Shown here in pieces: positions 7,852 through 16,527 of a stretch of DNA of 64,000 bases. Below the pieces are notes generated by a model. The model searched no databases and was not told the origin of the DNA. It saw only the letters and a program-made list of their open reading frames with translations. A program made the translations under genes and the position numbers. Each line of letters begins with the position of its first letter. Position 1 is the first letter of the stretch. Origin of the DNA: an uncultured Candidatus Saccharibacteria bacterium (GTDB lineage Bacteria; Patescibacteriota; Saccharimonadia; Saccharimonadales; Saccharimonadaceae); the NCBI GenBank assembly GCA_964428955.1, contig CAYSAD010000001.1, positions 19,561-83,560 of the forward strand, read 5' to 3'.

Positions 7852-9138
7852 ATGTATCAACTTATGCCAAAACCATACACGACAATTTTAGGAAAAACAG
7901 TTCGCTCTATCGCCCGCCTACGCGGTGGTGGCTCGGCTTTGCCTGGCTTGTTCGTTGAAAAAATCGATAGTTCATTCGTGCCCGACACACTGGCGCAATT
8001 GCCCCATGGCATCGTCATCGTTAGTGGTACCAATGGTAAAACCACTACTACTAAAATGATTGTCGAACTACTTGAAAGTCAAGGCCTCAGCGTATTCACT
8101 AACCGAACCGGTAGTAACTTCATCCGCGGTATCGCGGCAGCACTGCTCGGTGAAGTGAACGGTAAAGGTAAGCTCGATAAAGACATCGCCGTTTTGGAGC
8201 TTGACGAGGCTCACGCCGTACACTTCGTTAAAGTCGTTAAGCCACGCTACAGTTTACTATTGAACGTGATGCGCGACCAGCTCGACCGCTTCGGCGAAAT
8301 TGATACAACCGCAAAAATGCTGAAAATCATAGCCGAGGCTACCAGTCAGGGTGTAGTAATTAACCGTGAAGACCCACGTCTGATGCTTGTCGGCAAATCG
8401 CTCAAAAATGTCGCCGTCAGTTACTTTGGGCTCGAGCAAGACGTACGGTCTCATTTTCCAAACGATGATGATATGCGTCAAACATCAACCAAACAACCAA
8501 CTTCCATACCAGCAGCTGATGTAACGCTGGCTTCTTTCAACGAGACGACCGCTACGTTCCAAATCGGTGGAAAGTCATATGACACCCCACTACTACTGCG
8601 CGGTGCATACAATATCTATAATGCTGCTGCTGCTCTGACGTTAGTACGTGACATTCTTGGTGACAAAACTGACACCAAAAAAATGCTGTCAGCCCTTTCG
8701 ATGGTCACACCAGCATTTGGTCGCGGCGAGACACTGATGCTCGGCGGCTTCCCATTAGAACTGATATTGGTAAAAAATCCAGCTGGTTTTCGACTTAGTC
8801 TATCGTCATTCTCACCCAAAGGATATGCTACTATGATCGCCATCAACGACAATTACGCCGACGGCCGTGATATGAGTTGGCTATGGGATGTCGACTTTAA
8901 CAGTCTGCAGCTGGGTGGCGTAGCCGAGGTTGGCGGTACACGTGCCTATGATATGGCGCTGCGACTACAGTACGATGAAGTTGAAATAGTCCATGTCGAG
9001 ACGAACCTAAAAACGGCTCTGCGTCATTTCATCACCATGCGCGCCAACCAGCCGAAGCGGATTTATTGTACCTATACTTCCATGCTTGCGCTTAGGCATG
9101 AGCTAGCTAAAATCACTGAAGTCGAGGTCGTATCGTGA
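7852..9138 (+). CDS. murT: Mur-ligase-family lipid II isoglutaminyl synthase subunit MurT
   Basis: 428 aa. ATP-binding GTNGKTTTTKM, and the N-terminus aligns by eye with S. aureus MurT. GTGA-coupled to gatD. The start is ambiguous (ATG 7852 or ATG 7864) because TATAAT sits at 7844-7849. Confidence 0.85.
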   Translation: MYQLMPKPYTTILGKTVRSIARLRGGGSALPGLFVEKIDSSFVPDTLAQLPHGIVIVSGTNGKTTTTKMIVELLESQGLSVFTNRTGSNFIRGIAAALLGEVNGKGKLDKDIAVLELDEAHAVHFVKVVKPRYSLLLNVMRDQLDRFGEIDTTAKMLKIIAEATSQGVVINREDPRLMLVGKSLKNVAVSYFGLEQDVRSHFPNDDDMRQTSTKQPTSIPAADVTLASFNETTATFQIGGKSYDTPLLLRGAYNIYNAAAALTLVRDILGDKTDTKKMLSALSMVTPAFGRGETLMLGGFPLELILVKNPAGFRLSLSSFSPKGYATMIAINDNYADGRDMSWLWDVDFNSLQLGGVAEVGGTRAYDMALRLQYDEVEIVHVETNLKTALRHFITMRANQPKRIYCTYTSMLALRHELAKITEVEVVS

Positions 9139-9854
9139 GCAAAGAAATCACTATCATGCAACTGTACCCTCGTGATATGAACATTTACGGTGACTGGGGC
9201 AACGTGCTAACAATTATGCGGCGGCTGGAGTGGCATGGTTATACTCCCAAGCTGATCGAATACAATCAGGGTAATACCTTTCCGGCCGATGTTGATATCG
9301 TGATTGGCGGCGGCGGCCAAGACTCCGGACAAACCGTCGTTCAAGACGATCTACTTGTTATAAAAGATGACTTGTTGAGCTTGGCAAAAAGCGGCACGCC
9401 AATGTTGGTTATCTGTGGCCTTTATCAGTTGTTCGGCCGTTTCTTCAAAACCGTTGATGGCGAAATGATCGCAGGTATCGGGTTATTTGATATGGAAACT
9501 CGTGGCGGCCGCGAGCGCCTGATTGGTAATATCGTGACAACAAGTGACGAGTTTGGCGAGATTATCGGTTATGAGAACCATAGCGGCCAAACATTCCTCG
9601 GTAAGAACGTTACGCCACTTGGCCATGTTCAAAAAGGTGCCGGTAATAATGGCGAAGATACCAGCGAGGGTGCGCGGATTCATAATGTCATTGGTAGTTA
9701 TCTGCACGGTTCACTTTTACCAAAAAATCCGGCTATCGCTGATTTTCTGATCGAAACAGCCGTCACGAGAAAATACGGTGAGTTCGCACCGAACATCATT
9801 GACGATTACTTTGCCCGCGAAGCTCGCAAGATCGCCACTAAACGACCGCGCTAG
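9135..9854 (+). CDS. gatD: Glutamine amidotransferase GatD (CobQ/CobB-type GATase partner of MurT)
   Basis: 239 aa. GTG start overlaps the murT TGA. The N-terminus ITIMQLYPRDMNIYGD matches S. aureus GatD LTIYHFMSDKLNLYSD. Has the nucleophile context VICGLYQLFG and a late YLHGSLLPKNP. Confidence 0.85.
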   Translation: MSKEITIMQLYPRDMNIYGDWGNVLTIMRRLEWHGYTPKLIEYNQGNTFPADVDIVIGGGGQDSGQTVVQDDLLVIKDDLLSLAKSGTPMLVICGLYQLFGRFFKTVDGEMIAGIGLFDMETRGGRERLIGNIVTTSDEFGEIIGYENHSGQTFLGKNVTPLGHVQKGAGNNGEDTSEGARIHNVIGSYLHGSLLPKNPAIADFLIETAVTRKYGEFAPNIIDDYFAREARKIATKRPR

Positions 9855-10321
9855 CTTTGGTAACCGTCTTGTTGTTTCTTCAGCTCACTAATCACTTGTT
9901 GGCCGTGGCCAAGTGGCGTCACGCGACCGAAGACTTTTACGACGACGCCATCGGGATTGATAATGAATGTCTTCCTAAGGATGCCTTCTTTACCAAACTG
10001 CTTCTTTCCCCACGCGCCATATGCTTCAATCGTCTTACCTGTACCGTCGACAAGTAATGTGAAATTAAGCGAATGCTTGGCTTTGAATTTCTCATGGCTA
10101 GATGCTGGATCTTTACTGACACCAATAATTTCCGCACCAAGCTGAGCTAAATCATCGCGCGCATCACGCAAACTGCAAGCTTCAATCGTACAACCAGGCG
10201 AATCGTCTTTCGGATAAAAGTAAAGGACAACCCATTTGCCATTGTAGTCCTTCAGTGTGTGTAGCTTACCTGTGTCATCTGTTAAACTAAACTGCGGTGC
10301 GAGATATGGTGGTTGTTTCAT
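9851..10321 (-). CDS. bcp: Thioredoxin-dependent thiol peroxidase (Bcp-type peroxiredoxin)
   Basis: YFYPKDDSPGCTIEACSLRD active-site motif. The ORF-track start 10351 is TTG. ATG 10321 (MKQPPYLAPQF) has TATAAT 6 nt upstream. Confidence 0.9.
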   Translation of the reverse strand: MKQPPYLAPQFSLTDDTGKLHTLKDYNGKWVVLYFYPKDDSPGCTIEACSLRDARDDLAQLGAEIIGVSKDPASSHEKFKAKHSLNFTLLVDGTGKTIEAYGAWGKKQFGKEGILRKTFIINPDGVVVKVFGRVTPLGHGQQVISELKKQQDGYQS

Positions 10322-10327
10322 ATTCTT

Positions 10328-10333
10328 ATTATA
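10328..10333 (-). promoter_or_regulatory. -10 TATAAT 6 nt upstream of the bcp ATG (leaderless-type)
   Basis: Plus-strand ATTATA at 10328-10333. Back-to-back with the divergent promoter at 10369-10374. Confidence 0.45.
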
Positions 10334-10368
10334 CCGCGCAACAGCCGACAAATGCCAGAAAGCTGCTG

Positions 10369-10374
10369 TATAAT
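10369..10374 (+). promoter_or_regulatory. -10 TATAAT 8 nt upstream of ATG 10383 (leaderless-type)
   Basis: TATAAT at 10369-10374. Spacer AAAAGCTA, no SD. Confidence 0.45.
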
Positions 10375-10382
10375 AAAAGCTA

Positions 10383-11495
10383 ATGTCTGCAAAAAAACTG
10401 TCGTCTCGTATATTGGCGCTTGATCTAATGCGTGGTTATTTTTTGGTCATCATTATTCTTGACCACCTGTTTTGGTACCCGAATGGGCTGGATTGGGTCA
10501 GTGGTCGTGGTGAGTTGTTCGTTAGTGCAGCCGAAGGATTCTTCCTAATTTCTGGCATCGTACTCGGCATCGTGCGCGGGCAAAAACTCATCAATAAGCC
10601 ATTTGCTGTCGGTGCGAAGCTCCTCCTCAAACGAAGTGTACAGCTTTATATCACCAGTGTCGTCCTCATGCTAATTTTCACCCTGCTCGGCTGGTGGTTC
10701 TTCATGAATAATCCTGGTCTAAAACCTGGTATTCGACCACCAAGTGAGGGCTTCTGGAGCGTATTTATCGGCGCACTCGATTATAAATACATTTATGGCT
10801 GGGCAGATTTCCTGAGACTATACGCAATATTCATTTTCGTCAGCCCGTTGGTCCTGTGGTTGCTACGGCGCGGCTGGTGGTATATTGTACTTGGCTTGAG
10901 CGTCGGAACCTATCTACTACTGCCATTTGCTCAAGCTCATACTACGTATACTGACGAATTATTGATGCCGATTACCTGGCAATTGATATTCTTCGGCGGT
11001 TTCGTGATTGGTTTTCACGAGCAACGTATTCGTCGTTTCTGGCAATCATTATCCCATAGATTCCGTCGCATTTTTATGCGAACCGTGTTCGTATTAACCA
11101 CTATCACTCTTGGATTTAATATGATCCTGGCATTTGGTAGTGACCTCTCAAGCAGACTGGGTGCCATCGAAGCCGCTCTTGACCCCTTCTTCATAAAAGA
11201 GACTCTACCACCCGCCCGTATCGCTTTGTTCGCATTGTGGTTCGTAGCTGGTTTTTGGCTTTTTCATCATTATCGTGAGGTTATCAACCGTCGACTCGGT
11301 TGGATATTGTTGCCGTTCGGCATGAACTCACTGTACGTGTATACGATTCATGCCTTCGTGATCTTCTTTGTCCACATGGTCATGCTCAATGCCAGTCCAA
11401 ATATTCTCATCAATATCGTCGGAACACTGCTCGTGCTTGGAATCATTCTACTAGCGGTACGAACCAAGTTCCTGATGAAGATTATTCCACGTTAA
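10383..11495 (+). CDS. OpgC / acyltransferase-3-like polytopic membrane protein
   Basis: 370 aa, about 10 TM helices. The N-terminal LDLMRGYFLVIIILDHL is typical of the OpgC/DUF1624-type acyltransferase superfamily. Confidence 0.55.
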   Translation: MSAKKLSSRILALDLMRGYFLVIIILDHLFWYPNGLDWVSGRGELFVSAAEGFFLISGIVLGIVRGQKLINKPFAVGAKLLLKRSVQLYITSVVLMLIFTLLGWWFFMNNPGLKPGIRPPSEGFWSVFIGALDYKYIYGWADFLRLYAIFIFVSPLVLWLLRRGWWYIVLGLSVGTYLLLPFAQAHTTYTDELLMPITWQLIFFGGFVIGFHEQRIRRFWQSLSHRFRRIFMRTVFVLTTITLGFNMILAFGSDLSSRLGAIEAALDPFFIKETLPPARIALFALWFVAGFWLFHHYREVINRRLGWILLPFGMNSLYVYTIHAFVIFFVHMVMLNASPNILINIVGTLLVLGIILLAVRTKFLMKIIPR

Positions 11496-13005
11496 GGGCG
11501 TATAGACTAAGAATTTGTTTATCATAGGTAGTAGTCCGAACTAGATGATAATCCGAAGGTGGCGTGAATAATTGCGACTGGCCAGCCCAATGGATAACGT
11601 AGACTGTTTTGTCACGAATGGCCGTAGGGCTATCGACTCGTTTTTCACTCGTAGAAAGTGGTGCGTAACCACCCTGCATTGCAATAGGATCTGGACTAAA
11701 AAAACGTAAATCGCAATCAGTAAAATAATAGGCATTATCGATATACGTATAAGCGTCGTCGGCGACAATCACCGTCTTGTCATCGCAATGTACGTCATGT
11801 CGTAATTCAGCCGAACGTGGTTGTTGCATGCGTTCAAAATTAAAGTTACCAGTACGGTAGAGATTAGTGACGCCGATTGCCATGACGATAACAAGCAACC
11901 CGCCCAGCAGCATCGCTTGCTTCTTTAGTCCATACCGCCAGCCAATCGCCGGTATGCTAGCTAGCCCGATATAAATGAACGGTACAGTGTGGGCCATGTA
12001 ACGCATAATGAACATCGGCTCTTGCTGGATGATGGAAAGGATTGCGTAAAACAGTTGAGGCACGGTAGCCAGGGCCGCCAAGAACAGCAAACATCGGCGC
12101 ACATCACGCCCTGCTCGAACGTAGCTCACCGCGAAAATGTAACCAACCAGGGATAACACGAGTACGATCGTCAACGACACCATGCCACTCAGTTGCCACT
12201 GTGGTGTATAGAAAAATATAAAACCGGTCATAGTAGCCAATTGTGTCAGTGTGATTTCCCCACCAATTCCCGGTAGGGCCGAGTGTGTCAGCTGGTGGAA
12301 AAAGGTTGGCATATACGGGACAAATAAAACGATTGCCAGAATATAACTTCGTAGCCATGGGCTACGAAAAATTTCTTTTTGTTTCTTTTGTTTCAAGTCA
12401 CTAATCGCTAACCAAACAACGTGCGCGATCCAAATCGCGACGCTCATGTAGAGCGTATACATACCGAGCGCAACGAGTACGGCATACGTAATCCAATACT
12501 TTTTTCCGCCACGTTGCCGAGCATAAACTAAAAACAGGGTTGCTAGTACACCGATAAATCCAACTAGTGCGTACATACGGATTTCATAGCCATAACGCAA
12601 AAGAAATGGGCTCAGTACTAATAACGGCACGCTCCAGATGGCGATGCGGCTACTAAATAATTTCCGAATGAGTAAGAAACTTACCCCGATCGTCCCAACC
12701 GCAAACAGAGCGCTCAAGCTACGCAGTGCAAACTCGCTCCAACCAAATACCCCAGCCCAAACTTTGAGTAGAAGATAGTAAAATGGTGGATGCGCATCGA
12801 CCGCCGTCAACGACAGCAAATCATGGACTGGTGATTTCGCCACAATGATCGTGTAGCCTTCGTCAAACCAAACCGATTGACCGTGTGCGAGCACCATGAT
12901 GATACCGTACGTTACCAAACCCAAAGCTAGCACGATAGACAGAACCATCCACCGGTTTTTAATCAGCGCTCTTTTTTCGGTCGATCGTTTGGAAATATGT
13001 GACAT
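11482..13005 (-). CDS. GT-C fold glycosyltransferase (ArnT/PMT family 39-like)
   Basis: Polytopic membrane protein with WFDEGYT (DE motif) in the first loop. The ORF-track start 13038 is TTG; the first ATG is at 13005. Confidence 0.65.
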   Translation of the reverse strand: MSHISKRSTEKRALIKNRWMVLSIVLALGLVTYGIIMVLAHGQSVWFDEGYTIIVAKSPVHDLLSLTAVDAHPPFYYLLLKVWAGVFGWSEFALRSLSALFAVGTIGVSFLLIRKLFSSRIAIWSVPLLVLSPFLLRYGYEIRMYALVGFIGVLATLFLVYARQRGGKKYWITYAVLVALGMYTLYMSVAIWIAHVVWLAISDLKQKKQKEIFRSPWLRSYILAIVLFVPYMPTFFHQLTHSALPGIGGEITLTQLATMTGFIFFYTPQWQLSGMVSLTIVLVLSLVGYIFAVSYVRAGRDVRRCLLFLAALATVPQLFYAILSIIQQEPMFIMRYMAHTVPFIYIGLASIPAIGWRYGLKKQAMLLGGLLVIVMAIGVTNLYRTGNFNFERMQQPRSAELRHDVHCDDKTVIVADDAYTYIDNAYYFTDCDLRFFSPDPIAMQGGYAPLSTSEKRVDSPTAIRDKTVYVIHWAGQSQLFTPPSDYHLVRTTTYDKQILSLYALNVE

Positions 13006-13094
13006 AGTTTCTTTAGTTATACAGGATAGTTGCGGCAAATGCCACTGGTGTTACGACCAGATATGCGCTATAATTTGTCAAGGAAAACACCTAT

Positions 13095-13171
13095 CGGGGT
13101 GTGGCGCAGTTGGCTAGCGCGCGCGGTTTGGGACCGTGAGGTCGAAGGTTCGAATCCTTTCACCCCGACCA
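13095..13171 (+). tRNA. tRNA-Pro (TGG)
   Basis: CGGGGTG acceptor, anticodon loop TTTGGGA, T-arm GAAGGTTCGAATCCTTT. Close to E. coli tRNA-Pro. Encoded CCA. Confidence 0.95.
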
Positions 13172-13207
13172 AATAAAAAGTCCGTCTTGTACGGGCTTTT
13201 TATTTTA
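13172..13207. terminator. Hairpin terminator after tRNA-Pro
   Basis: GTCCGT/ACGGGC stem with loop CTTGT, followed by TTTTTATTTT. An A-run precedes it. Confidence 0.6.
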
Positions 13208-13221
13208 TGCCACTTACTATT

Positions 13222-13419
13222 CTAACCATGTTTGTTTTCTTCCAGTCCATCAATTAGCTCACTATCGCTGGCATCATCGAGCTCGTAGGCCAACTCTTCG
13301 GGTGGCAAGCCCGGCGGCATGAAGTCATCATCTGGTATCGGCGGCTCGTCTTCAGCAAGCTGGGCATCAGTGTCCAAGTCATCCTGGTAATTACGAAGTT
13401 CTATGTCATTTTGTTCCAT
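13222..13419 (-). CDS. Small highly acidic protein, hypothetical
   Basis: 65 aa from ATG 13419 with a strong GAGGAGG SD. The ORF-track start 13425 is a GTG inside the SD. Rich in D, E and P. Confidence 0.5.
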   Translation of the reverse strand: MEQNDIELRNYQDDLDTDAQLAEDEPPIPDDDFMPPGLPPEELAYELDDASDSELIDGLEENKHG

Positions 13420-13492
13420 AAACACCTCCTCTTCTTACCTCACCATTTCATGCTGGCACAGGAAGCTTAATTTTCACTGTAAGGCTCGATGA

Positions 13493-13522
13493 TTGACAAA
13501 CATAGCCGACGCGCTTTAGGCT
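13493..13522 (+). promoter_or_regulatory. Sigma70-like promoter TTGACA-18-TAGGCT, 6 nt upstream of ATG 13529 (leaderless-type)
   Basis: TTGACA at 13493-13498, TAGGCT at 13517-13522, ATG at 13529. Confidence 0.45.
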
Positions 13523-13528
13523 AGACTT

Positions 13529-13978
13529 ATGTCGTCATTTCATCTAGAACCAATGGCCGTCTCGGCAACGCTTCATTGTTTGACCGGCTGCGCCATTGGT
13601 GAAATCATCGGTATGGTTGTCGGAACTGCATTTAATCTTCATAATGTTGTCACTATCATCTTAGCAATCGTACTGGCGTTCATATTTGGCTACGGCCTAT
13701 CAATTCGATCAGTCGTACGTCATGGGATCAGCCTAAGGCGCGCTTTGAAACTCGTACTGGCAGCCGATACCTTGTCTATCGCGACGATGGAATTAGTTGA
13801 TAACGGTGTTGTAGCGCTCATTCCGAACGCGCTTAATGCCACGCTTGGCGACTGGCTGTTTTGGCTTAGCTTAGCACTGTCACTAGTAGCGGCATTCATC
13901 GCCGCCTATCCGGTGAATAATTACCTGCTGTCGCGCGGTAAGGGCCACGCCTTACTGCACGAACACCACCATCACTAG
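13529..13978 (+). CDS. DUF4396-like membrane protein with a C-terminal His-rich tail
   Basis: 149 aa. LHCLTGCAIGEIIGM in the first TM helix (as I recall for DUF4396). Ends HEHHHH. Confidence 0.55.
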   Translation: MSSFHLEPMAVSATLHCLTGCAIGEIIGMVVGTAFNLHNVVTIILAIVLAFIFGYGLSIRSVVRHGISLRRALKLVLAADTLSIATMELVDNGVVALIPNALNATLGDWLFWLSLALSLVAAFIAAYPVNNYLLSRGKGHALLHEHHHH

Positions 13979-13982
13979 GAAA

Positions 13983-15473
13983 TTATTTGGCGAATTCGAT
14001 AGCGCGAGTTTCACGAATAACATTTACTTTTATCGTACCTGGATACTGCATGGTACTTTCGACTTTGTTGGCGATATCACGCGCCAACTTGATAGCCGAC
14101 AGGTCATCAACCGACTTGTTATTCACCATGATGCGAACCTCGCGACCAGCGCTGATAGCGTAGGCCTTATCGATACCATTAAAGCTGAGGGCAATATTTT
14201 CCAGATCACGCATGCGTTCAGCAAAGTTTTCAGCGCTGATATTACGCGCGCCCGGCCGAGCAGCCGATAGTGCGTCACAAACACGCACGATCAAAGCTTC
14301 TGGCGTCGTGGCTTCGACGTCGTCATGGTGGGCTTCGATGGCGTGAACGATTTCTTTGCTCATACCATACTTACGCGCCAGTTCGGCACCGATGTGATGA
14401 TGCTTACCCTCGATCTTATGTGTGACGGCTTTACCGATATCATGCAACAGTGTAGCGGTTTTAGTAATCCGCACGTCGGCACCAATTTCCTCTGCGATCA
14501 GTCCAGCCATGTGAGCCATTTCGGTACTGTGCAATAGTACGTTCTGACCGTAGCTAGTACGAAATTTTAATTCGCCAAGCAGCTGGATCAATTCTTTCGG
14601 AATACCGACGACGCCGACATCGCGGGCGGCATCTTCACCGGCGCGAATAACCTCTTTCTCGATCTGTTTCTCACTTTTCGCTACGACTTCTTCGATTCGA
14701 CCTGGGTGAATCCGACCATCTTTCATCAGCGCTTCCAGTGTCAAACGTGCGACTTGGCGGCGAATCGGATCGAAACTCGAGAGCACGACCATACCTGGCG
14801 TGTCGTCCACTAAGATATCAACACCAGTGGCACGTTGCAGCGCCTGGATGTTACGGCCTTCTTTGCCGATGATACGGCCTTTCATTTCATCGTCAGTCAA
14901 TTTGATAGCCGTCACGGTCCGCTCGGCAGTTACTTCCGAGCTCATACGTTCCATGGCTGTTACCAAAATAGTCTGGGCATTTTCTTCAGCTTCATCGACA
15001 GCTTCTTTTTGCAATTTTACGACTAAGTCAACCATATCCTGCTTGATGTCGCGTTCGGTCATCTGCATCAGTTTTTCGGCCGCATCAGACTTGCTGAGTT
15101 TGGCGATCTTTTCTAACTTCTCTTGTTGACGAGAGCGGATTTCGCGGATTTCGGATTTCAATTCATCGACTTCACCCTCTTGTGTGCGTAATTTCTCAGT
15201 CCGCTTGTCGAGGTCATCTAATTTTCTATCGAGATTGGTATCGCGATCAGCTAGTCGGTCTTCCATCTTCTTGATTTCTTTGCGTCGTTCATTTTCAAGC
15301 TCGACGGCTTCGTCTTTAGCCTTCAGTACAATGTCACTGGCTTTTTGTTTGGCTGCCGTCAGGGCTTTTTCGGCTTTCTGCTTACCGCTGGCGGTCTGGC
15401 CACGTGAATACGCAACTGTCCCACCCACGCCGAAAATAGCGCCCGCTAAGATGGCGATTATTGTTTCTATCAT
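13983..15473 (-). CDS. rny: Ribonuclease Y
   Basis: 496 aa: N-terminal TM helix, long charged coiled coil, KH domain (GKEGRNIQALQRATGVDILVDD) and HD domain (LLHDIGKA...HH). Confidence 0.93.
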   Translation of the reverse strand: MIETIIAILAGAIFGVGGTVAYSRGQTASGKQKAEKALTAAKQKASDIVLKAKDEAVELENERRKEIKKMEDRLADRDTNLDRKLDDLDKRTEKLRTQEGEVDELKSEIREIRSRQQEKLEKIAKLSKSDAAEKLMQMTERDIKQDMVDLVVKLQKEAVDEAEENAQTILVTAMERMSSEVTAERTVTAIKLTDDEMKGRIIGKEGRNIQALQRATGVDILVDDTPGMVVLSSFDPIRRQVARLTLEALMKDGRIHPGRIEEVVAKSEKQIEKEVIRAGEDAARDVGVVGIPKELIQLLGELKFRTSYGQNVLLHSTEMAHMAGLIAEEIGADVRITKTATLLHDIGKAVTHKIEGKHHHIGAELARKYGMSKEIVHAIEAHHDDVEATTPEALIVRVCDALSAARPGARNISAENFAERMRDLENIALSFNGIDKAYAISAGREVRIMVNNKSVDDLSAIKLARDIANKVESTMQYPGTIKVNVIRETRAIEFAK

Positions 15474-15644
15474 AGTGTTTCCTTCCTCAACCAGCTCCCG
15501 CCAAGTGTTCGTCTTGGCGCTTATAGTGTAATCAAGAGCGGTCGATTGTTTCTAAAAAATTAGCTTCAGTCTGCCTAAAACGGACTGTGTTTATTGTAGC
15601 GCGTTGTAAGCTATTGTGGCAATATTTTGACACCAGATAAGAAA

Positions 15645-16031
15645 TTATTTGCGCGGTTTGGTAATGTGCGCATCACTCCCATAAAAAGGTAGAGCGATTT
15701 TGTCGTTGTCACCATTTCCCAGTCGCGTTAACGCCTGGCCTTGCCAAGCTTCACCTTGTTCGGCCACGATTGGCACATTCAAACTATCGGCCAAAGTATT
15801 GAGCACAGTCATGCCAATACGTAGCCCAGTGAAACTACCCGGACCTTGGAACACGCCGATGCCAGTAATATCCTGCCAGGTCTTGCCACGCGTGGCCAGT
15901 TGTTCGTGTAAATAGCCCAATAAGCCTTTAGCAAGTTGTCGGTCAGCCTGCCATGCATCATCAAAGTGGCTATCACCGTCAATCAGCGACAATCTGCAAA
16001 TTGGCGTGGAGGTATCGAGCAGTATAATCAC
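15645..16031 (-). CDS. tsaB: tRNA t6A biosynthesis protein TsaB (short form)
   Basis: 128 aa. GPGSFTGLRIGMTV motif. The GTG start overlaps the tsaE TGA (GTGA). Only the N-terminal half of a canonical ~230-aa TsaB is present. Confidence 0.8.
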   Translation of the reverse strand: MIILLDTSTPICRLSLIDGDSHFDDAWQADRQLAKGLLGYLHEQLATRGKTWQDITGIGVFQGPGSFTGLRIGMTVLNTLADSLNVPIVAEQGEAWQGQALTRLGNGDNDKIALPFYGSDAHITKPRK

Positions 16032-16468
16032 ATCGCCACCTTTGGTGCGCTCAGTTCATTAACCTCAAGTAGGCGCTCGGTTTCACTTGGTGAAGTAAAA
16101 CGAATTTGTAACCGTTTCGCGGGCAAGACATTCTCGGCAATAGCCGCCCACTCAATGACCGTCACGACGCGCGAATCGCTAATTGATTCTGCCAAGTCGT
16201 GCGCCATAATCCCCGTATCGTGTAGCCGGTAAAAATCATAGTGGGCCAGCTCCAAACCGTCACGCGCTGAATAAACACGGCTAATCGTGAAGCTCGGACT
16301 TTGGATGTCTTCGTTGATGCCAAGCCCCAGTCCAATTCCCTTAGTAAGTGTGGTTTTACCGGCACCAACATCACCGACCAACTCTACTACTTCACCGCCG
16401 ACAAATGAACGACCAAGTTTCTCACCAAACGCCTGCATCGCCACAGCGCTTTCTATCTGTATTGTCAT
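16028..16468 (-). CDS. tsaE: tRNA t6A biosynthesis ATPase TsaE
   Basis: P-loop GDVGAGKTTLTKGI followed by SPSFTI. ATG 16468 was chosen because the longer ORF-track start would run into divergent pilB. Confidence 0.85.
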   Translation of the reverse strand: MTIQIESAVAMQAFGEKLGRSFVGGEVVELVGDVGAGKTTLTKGIGLGLGINEDIQSPSFTISRVYSARDGLELAHYDFYRLHDTGIMAHDLAESISDSRVVTVIEWAAIAENVLPAKRLQIRFTSPSETERLLEVNELSAPKVAM

Positions 16469-16475
16469 ATAGATA

Positions 16476-16484
16476 AGTATACCA
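16476..16484 (-). promoter_or_regulatory. Extended -10 (TGgTATACT) 7 nt upstream of the tsaE ATG (leaderless-type)
   Basis: Plus-strand AGTATACCA at 16476-16484. Confidence 0.45.
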
Positions 16485-16527
16485 CTGGTATTTTTAGCCA
16501 CATCTATTACAATGGAGCGTAAGCAGT

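Noticed and set aside
15474-15644. 170-nt non-coding stretch after the short tsaB as a possible decayed C-terminal half (pseudogene)
   Set aside because: I found no residual frame resembling the TsaB C-terminal domain. The region contains hairpins consistent with a terminator and the rny 5' UTR, and short TsaB forms are plausible in reduced genomes.
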